Below are positions 12,740 through 24,126 of a stretch of DNA of 37,586 nt, piece after piece. Each line of letters starts with the position of its first letter. The first letter of the stretch is position 1. Under the pieces are notes generated by a model. The model was not told the origin of the DNA. It saw only the letters and a list, made by a program, of their open reading frames with translations, and did not search any database. Origin of the DNA: Folioceros fuciformis (taxonomy: Eukaryota); the NCBI GenBank assembly GCA_049999805.1, contig JBNGIO010006035.1, positions 1-37,586 on the forward strand, read 5' to 3'. Position numbers and translations under genes: made by a program.

Positions 12740-14978
12740 ATGGTTGGTTTCTGAGATCGAATATCATCTCCAGCTTTCATTGCTTTGTGGAATTTTCTTG
12801 TTCCTTCCCAGGACAGAATAGGTGTACGTGCCTGTCAAGCAGTGTACGCTGCATGTCCACAGGACCCGGCTCCAAGCAGCCAGATTGTTGAGGACCAGGA
12901 ATTGGGGAGCGTGAACGATGACAAGATGTCAGTTTACCGCACGACGGACAATTCTGTGGATATCTGGGGACGGCCCTCCAACAAACTCAAAACCGGGCGT
13001 TGGAGATCTGCATGGGTCGTCTGTGGTGAGGGGGACGAAACCTTTGCAATGCACAGAATTTGCCTTGCATTTGGTCCTGCTGAAATGCTGGTTGACTGAA
13101 TTCAATGTTCTGGTTGACTGAATTCAATGCTTGCATTGCAGCATTGAATGTGGCGGACACCATGGCTGTCATCGGCATTGGTGGCAACCTGGTGACGTAC
13201 CTTATGTTCACATTCCACATGACAGGCCCGGAAGCGGGCAACCTGACAACAAATTTCATAGGCGTCAACTACTTGCTTCCAATGCTGTGGGGCTTCTTGG
13301 CCGACGCCTACCTAGGCCGATTCCTCACCATATCCGTGGCATGTGTTATGGCGATCATGGTGACTACTTTCCCCTGCCTCTCTATCGTCGTCATCTTCCT
13401 TCATGCACCAAACTCTTCGTGCAAGCATTCTATCGGATTCAACAACGAGTGCAGTCTACAACAGCTGATGCAACCGACATGTGCTTCAGGGCCTCGTCAT
13501 TCTCACTGTGCAAGCTGCCACACCGTCTCTGCTCCCTCCAGCCTGCACGACATACCCGAAATGCCCGAACCCCAGCTCCAACGTAATGAACCTCTTCTAC
13601 GGGGGCCTGTTCCTGCTGGCGGTGGGATCCGCGGGGATCAAGCCCTGCATCTCCTCCCTGGGGCAGGAGCAGTTCGACGAAGGCGATCCCGCGGAGAAGA
13701 ATCAGCAAACGCACTTCTTCACTGTCTTCTTCAGCTCCATCGACATGGGCAACCTCATCAGCTTCTCGATACTGGTATGGGTCCAAGATCACGTAGGATG
13801 GGGCCAGGCGTTAGGCATCAACCTGGGCTCCTTGGCCCTCGCCTCCCTTGCCTTCTGGCTCGCCACACCCTGGTTCAGGTACGTCTGGCACGTCACCCAA
13901 CTCTCCAAGTCACCCGCACTGGCCCTCTTCCCCCCTTTCACCAAAGCGTTACTCTTCCAGGCACCAAAAGCCGAGAGGCAGCCCGTTCACCCGCATGGCT
14001 CAAGTATTCGTCGCCGCCATCTCCAATGCCAAGCTCACCGTCCCGCCCAACACCCGCGACCTCCACGAGCTCAGCGACAAGGAATGCCAGCACCGAGGCC
14101 TCCGGAAGGTGGAGCACACCAACGGTTTCCGCTGGCTCGACAAGGCAGCCATCAGGCCAACGGTCCAACGAGCCGAAACCGAGGCCTACTCTGATTCCAA
14201 TCCGTGGAAGCTCTGCACCGTGACGCAGGTGGAGGACACCAAGAGCGTGATCCAGATCCTCCCCATCTGGCTCACAAACATCACGGTATGGACGCTCTTC
14301 GCACAGCATCTCTCCTTCAGCATCGGGCAGATCGGCAGCGTCGATCGGCGGCTGATCGGCAACTTCGAAATCCCGCCGGCCTCAGCCACGATCTTCTTGA
14401 TCCTGGCAGCCCTCTCCGTCATCCCCGTTTGGCACTACGTGGTGACTCCCCTCAGTCGGTCCAGAGGTGGCGTCACTCAGCTGCAGCGCATGGGGATCGG
14501 GATGGTGCTGTCCTCGGTGGCCATGGTGACGGCTGCCTTGGTGGAGAGAAAGCGGGTGGGCATCATCCGAACCCATGGGCTAGACTACCAGGATCTCCTG
14601 GCCGGAGCTGTGCCCATGACCGTCTGGTGGTTCGTGCCGCAGTACGTGATTCTGGGCTTCACTGAGATCATCCTGGGCGTCGCCCATCTGCAATTTTTCT
14701 TCGTGGAAGTCCCCGACGGGATGAAGAGCGTGGGGACTGCTCTCTTCTTCGGTAACGTCTCCCTGGGGTACTTCCTCTCCACAGTGCTCGTCACCGTCGT
14801 CAACTCCTACACCACCAAGCACGGCTATGGCTGGCTCGATGGGGATGGCATCGTGCATGGCGGGCTGGAGAATTTCTATTGGCTCTTGACCGGCATGGTG
14901 GTTGTCAGTATTTTCCTCTTCCTCCTCCTCGCTCGGGTGTATCGCTACAAGCAGCTTCATTCCGTTTCTACTTCATAG
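12740..14978 (+). CDS. NRT1/PTR family (NPF) transporter, ~596 aa
   Basis: Exons 12863-13025, 13142-13359, 13490-13878, 13961-14978, plus a putative ATG-only exon 12740-12742 (start uncertain; alternative Met at 12926). Motifs KTGRW, GFLADAYLGRFLT, GSAGIKPC, QEQFD, PRGSPFTRMAQVFVAA, RWLDKAA, LCTVTQVEDTK, LQRMGIG, VPQY. Confidence 0.93.
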
Positions 14979-15277
14979 AGATTTTACTCTGTACATGAAT
15001 CATAGTCAGGAAATGGAGACTCCAATACGAAAGAATCGATGGGACAAAACCGTCTACCCTTCTGGGTCATAGCCCCTTTCTTTACCTCTTATGCTCTTTC
15101 AAACAATTAGAATTTGAGGATCAAATGGAACAGTATTACACACAACTCACGCAAAGGCTTTACTCGAACACAGAATAGACCGCTGTACAGAAGCTTGAGC
15201 TGCTATACCACTTCCGGTATCCAGCATGCAGCATCATGCAATATGTGATCGCGCACACACTAGGGAAGGGAATCTAG

Positions 15278-16161
15278 CTAGCTCTTGTTGGCTGGGGTGA
15301 ACGTGAGGGAAATGCTGTTGACACAGTGTCTGGCATCGGTAGGAGTCTTAAATCCCTCGCCTCTGAAAACATGCCCTAAATGACCTCCACAGGAGGTGCA
15401 AGTGATCTCTACCCTTCGACCATCTGCATCACGCTGCACAGCACACAGCAGGTTCAGATCGTCAACACCGCAAGCTCAGTGCAAACCATGGGAAGTGCAG
15501 CGAGGGTTGCAAAACTGGATACTGCACTCACTGTCTCGGTGATGGCACCAGGCACGCCCTCGAAGAAAGCTGGCCATCCACATCCCGAGTCGAACTTAGT
15601 GGTAGACTTGTAAAGCGGAGTCCCGCATCCGGCGCATTCGTAGACACCATCTTCCTTGTGCTTGTCGTACTTGCCAGTCCCAGGATACCTGCACAGCATG
15701 GAACAGTGGGAATAACAGATGAGCACATCCTCCACCTGAGCATGTTCCGGATGCACAGAAGATCCCTCGTCAGCAGTCCATCATCCTTGCATGTGAGTGA
15801 CGCAAATTGCACACGCATACGACAGGGCAGAAGGGCAGGGCAAACGGCAAACGATGGACACTCACTCGGTGCCCTTCTGCCTCAAGATCCTAAACTGCTC
15901 GGGGCTGAGGACAGTGCGCCACTCCTCTTCGGTCTTCTGCACAGGTGACACCCCGGTGCTGCTGCCGGAAGCCATGGTAGCCACGCGACGCCGGGTGGAA
16001 ACCCTGGGGGCTGGAGCCGAGACTAGCAACAGCTGTAGAGAAGAATTGGCAGGGCACGCGGCCACCGAGGCCACAGTCCTGGCAGCGGGCGCAGCAGGGT
16101 GTTGCAAGCTGAGCGCGCGGGCAAAGGTGAGCTTGGAAGTCGGCAAGACGAGAGCTGCCAT
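15278..16161 (-). CDS. MSRB: Peptide methionine-R-sulfoxide reductase MsrB (2-Cys, Zn-binding) with N-terminal transit peptide, ~202 aa
   Basis: Exons 16161-15866, 15688-15532, 15433-15278. [48 protein letters not shown]; Ala/Ser/Arg-rich N-terminus. Confidence 0.96.
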
Positions 16162-16449
16162 CGTTAGGACGTGGTGGAGGAGATAAAGGCCGGGTCCGCC
16201 GAGCCGGCAGTAGCCGAGCATCTTCTCCGGAAATAGCCACGAAGGTAAGCTGCTACGTCCCCCGCCCGCATATTATGACCTTGAAAGCGCGTTCTGTGTT
16301 GAGTGTAATGCGACTGCTGCACGATCAACTGTGCTACAAGCTTGCTCGATGCTGTTGTGGCCACTTGCTCTCCGGATCCATCAGGCCTGGAGGAGGCAGA
16401 CAGAGCTGCGGAGGCCGACCCGCAAGCCCCTGAAGCTCTGCCGTGGCAA

Positions 16450-16458
16450 TTAGGGTTT
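16450..16458 (-). promoter_or_regulatory. Telo-box (AAACCCTAA) upstream of MsrB
   Basis: ttagggttt at 16450-16458, ~290 bp upstream of the ATG. Confidence 0.35.
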
Positions 16459-16992
16459 TCTGTTGGCTACAAGGACATCCTGGCAGTGCTGCAGATGACT
16501 TTGTCGTGCTGTTCATCCGATTCTCAAGAGACGGTGCCACCTCGCTTGCCATTAGATTCTTATGTGCGACCAGAGAACTTCACCTGGACTGAAGACTGGC
16601 GATGACCTTGCATGTGAAGAGCGTGTCAAGAGCCTATACAACGGATGTCAAGGAGCTTTCACAGGACGTTGGAGATAGCCAGATGGGTAGAGGATGGGTG
16701 GAGAAAGTCAAGAGTGAAAACCATAGCCAGTGGGCCAAAGCTAACCAACCTTTTGTCTTTGCTCGAGACCCACGTTGCCTTTTTGATACAGTTGCTGCTG
16801 ATGCTTGAATTACTTGCCGGAACCTTGAGACGTGGAATGGAGAAGTTCTTGGTAGGTGCAAACGCGCGAACTTTCCCATGCTTGACCAAGTTTGACGACA
16901 AATGCCACAATCTGAGAGGCATTCCGAAAGTTATCTGTCCGAACTTTGTCGATTAGCGGCTCGGCTTTTTGCATCTCCGTTCACCAGGCGGG

Positions 16993-17318
16993 TATGGCAT
17001 ACCAAAGGGGACACGCCCCCTCTCTCTAGGTTTTTTTACAAAACCACGGGTTATGCGTCCGCTTTGGCGCGTACGCGAGTTTGAGGGCCAAAACCAAACC
17101 GGCGCGCCCCCACCTATGGTTACAGGGGGGTGTTTGGGCTTTCTGCCCTTAGGCCGCCCGGCATCCAGACCAAAACGGGCTGTAACGGTTGAGCCATGTC
17201 CCCTGTGGTGCGGACGACAGGAAAAATATAGGCAGCAAAAGGGAATATTCGTCTGGATACCCCACGGGAAACCATTAAAAAATGTACAGTGAGAGAGTGT
17301 CCTCTTTGGCATGCCATA
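16993..17318. mobile_element. MITE (326 bp) with 22-bp terminal inverted repeats
   Basis: Left tatggcataccaaaggggacac (16993-17014), right gtgtcctctttggcatgccata (17297-17318): 20/22 match as an inverted repeat. The terminal TA may be the TSD; alternatively flanks ggcggg/ggcgag are an imperfect 6-bp TSD. Confidence 0.75.
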
Positions 17319-17898
17319 GGCGAGGGTATCTTGAGAGGTCTTTTACTCTTGTGCTGCAAGTCTAGCAATGGAACTGTGCTGGTTTGGGGAGCGGAGCTTA
17401 AAAATAACGCCCGAGAGACTTGGCCACCTTTGGCAGATTCGAACGGAGGATGTCATGAATGTGGAGATGCGCATCGGCCTGACAAACGGCCGATGCGACA
17501 CGCTTCAACTAAATGGATCCCCATACAATCTACATGGTAGACGGTAATGCTCTCCGAAGTTTCCTCCTTACCTCGTCCCTCCCAAAATACAAGCACACTA
17601 TGAAGTGGGATTTATTCGGCTTCTGCGTCTGTGTCGCATCCCGCCAGCGCTCTCCCCCATCCTCCTGGGTCTCTGGCGCGGCATCAGGCAGCTCATTGCG
17701 AATCGTGTGCAGGAATCTCGAAGCTCGACACTCTTCATAAGGCAGATTGAGGTGACTTCCTGCTGTAGGATCTGCCATTCCACCTCCAGCTCCTTTGTGA
17801 ATTGCACTGTGCGCCTGCTCCTAAAATCCGACCTCACGACTGCCCCCAGGTACCAGCTCCGCCGACTCGCGCAGGTCTGCATCCGGACAAGATTCAAC

Positions 17899-19145
17899 AT
17901 GTCAACCAATTGCGTCCATGAGCCCGGCCAGGGTGACCTAACGCGCACCTTCTCCTCCGCACCACAGGTGCCGAGGGCCAGGTATCATATGCATCCACTT
18001 ACCCTGATAGCGTGCATCGACATTACTGTTCGTTGAATCCGGTGGTGAGGCAAGCTGAAGGGAGAAGAAGCTTGTGTGGAATTGTGGGAGAAGGTATGAG
18101 ATTGTGTGGGATTGTGAGAAGGTATGAGGCTATGTGCGATTCCGATGGAGTACAACATTGTGTGGAATCGTGAGAAAGTACGGGACTGTGTGATATTCTG
18201 GAGTGGGGCATTGGCATGTGGATTCTGGATCGACATCGCGCGCTGTAAGGTCTGACATTTTCGGGAACTAGTGCGCCCGATGGCAGGTTCCAGGGGCAGG
18301 TGGCGGTGGTGACGGGCGGGGCGAGCGGAATAGGCGAGGCGACGGTGAGGAGGTTTGTGAGCGAGGGGGCGAGGGTGGTGATCGCGGACATTTTGGATGA
18401 GCCGGGGAAGAAGCTGGCGGAGGAGCTCGGCTCGGCAGCGCATTTCGTGCACACCGATGTGACCAAAGAAGAGGACGTGGCGGGCGCGGTGGATGCGGCG
18501 CTGGCACTTGGGGGCCGGCTGGACGTAATGTTCTGCAATGCAGGAATCCTCGGCGCGGCTGGCGCCATAGACGAGCTGGATATGAAAGAGTACGACTTCA
18601 CCTTGGCGGTGATGCTCAAGGGTCCGGTCCTCGGGCTGAAGTACGCGGCGAAGGTGATGAAGCCGGCGCAGCGAGGCTCCATCATCTTCACCTCCAGCAC
18701 TGCATCCATCCAGGGCGGGCTCGGTCCGCACTGCTACACAATCGCCAAAACCGGCCTTATCGGCCTGACCAGGAGCGCGGCCTTCGAGCTCAAGAGCTTT
18801 GGGATCCGGGTGAACGCGGTGGCCCCGGACGCGGTGGCCACACCCCTGCTCCAGCACGCGTTCAAGACCCTCCCCGGCGTCCCGAAAGACCTAACCCTGG
18901 AGGGGACCAAGGCGATTGTGAAGAGCCAGTCCTTCGTCAAGGGCCAGGAGCTTACGCTGGAGCAGGTGGCCGCCACTGTTGCCTTCCTGGCCAGCGATGA
19001 TGCCGGCTACATCACTGGGCAATGCATTGTGCTGGATGGAGGACGCACCTCTTTGCACCTCTCCATGACCGACAATTGGTTTCGAGGCCGCCTCCCTCTT
19101 CTCAGAGAAGCAGGCATCACAGGCGTTGAGAACAAGGAAACCTGA
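17899..19145 (+). CDS. Classical NAD-dependent short-chain dehydrogenase/reductase (SDR110C; ABA2/Tasselseed2-like), ~313 aa
   Basis: Exons 17899-17981 (start inferred) and 18287-19145; a phase-2 intron splits the Arg codon before FQGQVAVVTGGASGIG. ADI (NAD preference), DVT, CNAG, YTIAK, GIRVNAVAP, FLASDDAGYITGQ..LDGG. Confidence 0.92.
18072..18200. repeat. Degenerate ~27-nt tandem repeat in SDR intron
   Basis: ttgtgtggaattgtgggagaaggtatgag / ttgtgtgggattgtgagaaggtatgag / ttgtgtggaatcgtgagaaagtacg. Confidence 0.6.
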
Positions 19146-19559
19146 GGCTGGCTGGCTGGCTGCGGCCACCAACCACCAAGCTGGAGCATCAGCTTCCAAT
19201 GGTGACCAACGTGCACAAGCAGAAGCAGACGAAGACTCTGGTTGGTACGCTGCTCAACTACGGCCAAATCAGTTGGTGGAAGTCTGGTTGCGGCATCCGA
19301 ATGAAATTTGCGTGCAATAGACTTGTGGGGACATTCTACCATCTCTAGACACGCTAATTCTCAGCACGATCACTGTTTCGGGTTGTGCTCCATCCAAGTG
19401 GGACTCTGTCGTATGCTCCATCGGGAGTGGCAGGAATACTCGGAGACACGATGACTCGACACCTTAAATGTATTTGCAACAATGCTTTTTATTTAAAAAA
19501 TAATTCATAAGGATGATCATATTAGTTACCTTTGGACAGACCACCTCATGACACCCTCA

Positions 19560-19755
19560 CCGAGATGGGATGAGACACTGGTCGTCGTCTCTCGTAGCCC
19601 GGGCTTCTTTGGATGACATCCACTGGCACAGTTGAGATGAGCCACCGGCCCCCATCTCTCCCGGCTCGGGCTTCTGTAGATGACAGCGACACCCCTTCAC
19701 AGAGTTGAGATGAGCCAGCGATCTCCATGTCTCCCAGCTCGGGATTCTTTGAATC
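19560..19755. repeat. Three degenerate ~65-72 bp tandem units
   Basis: Recurring (g)agatgagccac...tctcccRgctcgggMttctKt.gatgaca at ~19566, ~19632, ~19705. Confidence 0.7.
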
Positions 19756-19794
19756 CCTGGTTGACGGGACGCCAGATCCACAGCAGCCTGGGTG

Positions 19795-20450
19795 GATGCC
19801 ATGGCCTCCCGGCTCCATTTTCTTCCTTCCCCTTCCTCGATGTGCTTCTCCTCTTCCCTTCCCAATTCCATGGCCTTTCTTCTCCTCCTCCTTGCCCTCC
19901 CTCCTTCTCCCCCTTCCCCTCGCTTCNNNNNNNNNNNNNNNNNNNNNNNNNNNNNNNNNNNNNNNNNNNNNNNNNNNNNNNNNNNNNNNNNNNNNNNNNN
20001 NNNNNNNNNNNNNNNNNNNNNNNNNNCGCTACTCCTCTTCTTCTTTCCTTCCACTTCGGTTTTTTCGGTTTAGAGCTCAAGCGATCAGCTTTCAAAGCCA
20101 TGGCCTCTTGCCTCCGCATTCTTCCTTTCCCCTTCCTCTTTCAGAACCTCTCTTCCTCTCCCCCCTTCCCCTCGCCTCGTCCCCTGTTCTTCTTCCCTTC
20201 CTCTTTGGAAACCATGGCCTCTCTTCTTCTCCCAAAGAGGCCATGACCTCTCTCCTTCTCCCCCTTTCGCCATTCTTCGTCCCTTCCCTCCACCCCTCTT
20301 CTTCTTCACTTTCTCTTTCGAAGCCATGGCCACTTGCGTTTGCATTCTTCCCCTTCCTCTCTTCTTCGCCCCTTCTGACTTCCAAAGCCATGGGCTTCTC
20401 GCCTCCGCATTCTCCCCTTCCCCACTTTCCCCTTTCCCGCTTCCCACAAA
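19795..20450. repeat. Pyrimidine-rich low-complexity repeat with recurring aaagCCATGGcct core, spanning an N gap
   Basis: ccatgg/ccatga cores at ~19799, 19868, 20098, 20212, 20241, 20324, 20388; three are followed by a gcattct-containing motif. Confidence 0.7.
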
Positions 20451-20849
20451 AAGAGAATGGCTGCGCACATCAAAATATACATAAAGTTTGCAAAATAACA
20501 CACACAAATAAATACAGAGCCAGACACCATTTTTTTAATCCGGAGCGCAGTTGTTTCGTCCTAGGCTTCCCAGATTCTGTTGTGTAAGAAACATCTTCTA
20601 ACTTATCATTTAATAAAGTCTTCTTTCCTTCCTACTTTCTCGACCTACATATGGGTAGATACAATGTTGTATGTACACTCAAGATTTCAGAGAGATCCGC
20701 GCGGGAAGATGATACACAGGTGGCTTGACAAAAACCAACGGAAACACGTGGACAATGAACCGGTCCCAGCTTCAAAACCTCCATGCTTGTTCTCGGAACT
20801 CGAATTTACACTTTTCAAGGTCCCATAATTAACGCAGTGGAGTACACGC

Positions 20850-23205
20850 CTACCGTTCCTCCCTCACGTGTTTATTCGGATCGGATAGCATCTCCATCAT
20901 CACCTTCTCCACTCCGAAGTCCTTCAAATCAACCTGGAACGCACGACATCGCTTGAACACAGAGTAAAATAAGAGTACAAACGGAGAAAGAAAGCACTAC
21001 TACCTTTCGACGTTGTTCAACAAAGAGGTTCTCCCTTCGAAGAAATGCAGCCTGCTTTTCTAGGGCCGCCTGCCCACCAAGTCCCCATACTTCCACTGCC
21101 GAGACTCCACCCTTTACGGATCCGTAGCCCTGTTTGCAGGTACGGATAGTGTTATGAATGGTCTCATGAAGAGCATCAACTTGAGAAGGGTATCCGAGAT
21201 GGAAGAAGGCTCACCTGCTCTGGGACAAGAGGTCCAGAACTGTATGTCTTATCGACGGAGTGGTGCCTCAACGTAACACATTCAAAGTCTTCATCCAGCC
21301 ACACCCTCTCATTTCCGAGCTCCCCACCAAAACCCACGCCCTCAGGCGCCGGGTGCGCCCTGTATCCTGTGCCTGGAACGTGACGGTGGCTGTAGACGAA
21401 GAATTTGTCTCTACCTAAATCCATTGGTCAGATATGATGTACAGCATCTTAACAGAGGTCGTCTGTTCAGGATGGCATGATATGCAACACTATTCTGGAC
21501 AAGTTCTGTTTGTGTGGCACACGGGAAGACTGCTGTACATACCAGTTGGACGATGCGCAAGGAAAACCGGCTTCGCACCAAACAGGCAGCAAGAACTGCC
21601 ACCGTAGTAAGTGTCCTTGTTTAAGAATCCGCCAGGTACGAGCGCCCCGATGACCCACCTTTCCTGTGTGGATGTCTGTGTTTGTGACTGTAGGGAGTCT
21701 ACCACCGACTTCGCAGCAATAAGCAACAAAATGGGACCTTCATAACCCTGAACCTGGGTCCAAAACCTGTTCAGACTCTTGCCGTCAATGGAAGACCTGC
21801 AAAAACCTCGACAGCGTAAGCCGGGACTCCAAACCTCTGGTCAGCAACTTCAGGAATCCTTCTAGACTGGAAGATTAAAAGACGCACCTATAGAGTAGGT
21901 CCAGCTGGGAACGAGAGCAAACTCCAATTAGCGTACTTGCTTTGACAAGCTCCCGCGAAATGGCTCTCTCTCCATGAGAGAGGCCTACCGCCCAAGCAGT
22001 GCCTGCAGTCAGTAGACCTGGTTTTACGGATTCAGCCAACTCCTCAGAAGGCAGATTTTCGCTAAATTCCTTCTTCTTCAGTGACTGGCTACTCTTCTCA
22101 GCAGTCTGAGACACATGTAACAGAGTCAAAAGTCGCCGAAACAGCACTACCTAAACAGAAGCAGCTGTACGAATCAATGTCCCACCTCCGCAACACGTTC
22201 CAGCTGTGTCAAAACATACTGAGAAAGGCAATCAGTGAGTCCTGGAATTGCCGACAGGATCCAAGCATGAAGGGCCTTGAGTGGGAGTCTTCCAGCGTTT
22301 TCAGGGCCTACAAGGCCAAGATCACTCTCAGGCAGCATCCTGACGATATTGATGCTCATGGGACAGATGATCACCGACAAAAAGGTCCTCAACACTCAGA
22401 TTTCACTCTACCTGATTTCACAGCCAATCGAGCTGCCGTAGATAGGAGCTCAACATCTGGTGCTTCTATACGAAGAAGCTCTGCGTAATTAGACCCATAC
22501 AAACCCTTGAGCTCTACAAAACATGTCATAAGCCAACAAACCTTCAAGAACTCTCCAAAGTCATCCACACTGACGTCTCCATCACCAATTTCCTCTGGAT
22601 CCTCGCGACTCACACGACTGGTCGTGGAAAAATCAGCAGCTTCTCCCTCGCCTTTGCTAATGCGAGGCAACAACGAGAGGAGCAAATTCAACCTAATTGC
22701 CCCTAGATCCTGTTTGCAACAACGGTTAAACCCCTTCAAAAACCCCTCCCACTCCAACGCCGAATCTCCAGTCACGCCGAACACCTTCTCCGCAACAACA
22801 GCTCCTAGCTTCTCCCTCGCAAACTTTTCTGCGTCACGAGCTTTCCCTTCCGCTGCACCAGGCGCTTCCTTGAACGCCAAAGTGCGGATGTTGAAACAAT
22901 TCTGCTTCACAGGACAGAGGGGGCTCGTCAGCTCCAAAACCAACCATCCTGTGCTCACGTGCAGAATTGCTCCGAAGTTGCTACCACTACGAAATGGTTG
23001 CCAACTGCTGCACAACGGTCAGATTCAGAGCAGGCCAAAATCAGGTTTGATGCCTCGCCTGCAGATCGTGAGCGGCAATACTAGGAGCTCTCGTTCCAGC
23101 GCCGATTCCAACCAGATCCTCGAAAGCTGTCTGCAAGAGGATCTGGTCCCTGCTCAGGCTCTCGGGCTCAGACACATGAGCCCCGGTAGACGAAGACGCA
23201 CCCAT
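20850..23205 (-). CDS. N-myristoylated TLDc-domain protein (At5g39590-like), ~546 aa, 8 exons, first intron GC-AG
   Basis: Exons 23205-23059, 22901-22412, 22307-22186, 22105-21888, 21796-21543, 21414-21215, 21129-21004, 20933-20850. MGASSS start; LLYRSSIDGKSLNRFW..GYEGPILLLI, WVIGAL, GVGFGG, RVWLDEDF, VEVWGLGG. Confidence 0.9.
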
Positions 23206-23535
23206 GGCGAAAGTTTTCTCGTCCACCTTCGCCTCCGTCAGCAAAAGTGGGTGTTTGAGGTAACATTTATTTTTTCCCCAAGCAACGTGGCTTTACCATG
23301 TAGCGCAAGAAACGTTAACAAAGCATGGCAAGGAAAGAAGAATAATTTTACTTAGTCCACAAAGAACTTTGTCGTACAACTGAAGTATACTATAAGATAA
23401 TCGAACAGATTTTGAAACTCAAACAGGACTTCAAAATAATCAATCACCAAATGCGTTTACGAGGCACCACCAATGGAACTGCCTCGTAAACGTACGAGGC
23501 ACCACCAGTTGATCTACAGCCGAGAATGAGGGTGG

Positions 23536-24012
23536 GTAACTTCACACTCAAGGCAAACAAGACGACAGCAAACACCCGGACCAGCAACACTGGATAGGCG
23601 GCCAAGAATACTACTCCCCCACATCGTCGGAGAAACATCAGTGTCTGGGGAGATCAATGGCTCGGGAACGACAACAGCAGCAACAATAATAATAACCAGC
23701 ATCTTAATGAACACCCAAAGACTTGGCGACTCAAGTCACTACAGAATTCGGACATTAGAAACAAGAAACCGTAAGTCCCCGACAAGGCAAAGGGGGGAGG
23801 GGGAGCATCAAAGACCCGAACCAGGAACACGAGATAGGAGGGGACTACATTTCTTGATCGCCAAGAAAAGCTACTCCCCCGCATCTTCGGAGGAACATTA
23901 GTGTCTGGGGGAGATTAGTGGCTCGGGAATCATAATGATAATAATAGTGAACAGCCAGAGAAGTTGGGGACACAAGTCATTACAGAATTCGAGTCTTTGA
24001 TAAACAAGAAGC
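23536..24012. repeat. Diverged tandem duplication (~235-240 bp unit) between SYP61 and the TLDc gene
   Basis: Copies ~23536-23770 and ~23771-24012 share caaggcaaa, gatagg, ctactccccc, tcggag.aacat.agtgtctgggg, tggctcgggaa, caagtca.tacagaattcg, aaacaagaa. Confidence 0.8.
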
Positions 24013-24126
24013 CTAAAAGTGGGAACCTGAAAAATGAAGAGAACGAAGAGAATAGACTCTTAAGGAAACCCTTCCGTTTCACTATCTGGCACTCCGATTT
24101 CACCTACATTACGAGGGGTTTGCTAC

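Noticed and set aside
17605-17898. Extended mitochondrial-type presequence for the SDR
   Set aside because: The frame is open but has no in-frame ATG between the stop at 17545 and 17899
6347-19145. Biosynthetic gene cluster (dioxygenase + NPF + SDR)
   Set aside because: No scaffold-forming enzyme, the genes are interleaved with housekeeping RRP45 and MsrB, and the dioxygenase is a broadly conserved type
15278-23205. Oxidative-stress cluster (MsrB + TLDc)
   Set aside because: Two loosely related genes with no evidence beyond proximity
22507-23355. 282-aa plus-strand ORF (likewise 17985-18857 on the minus strand)
   Set aside because: Antisense shadows of the TLDc and SDR genes
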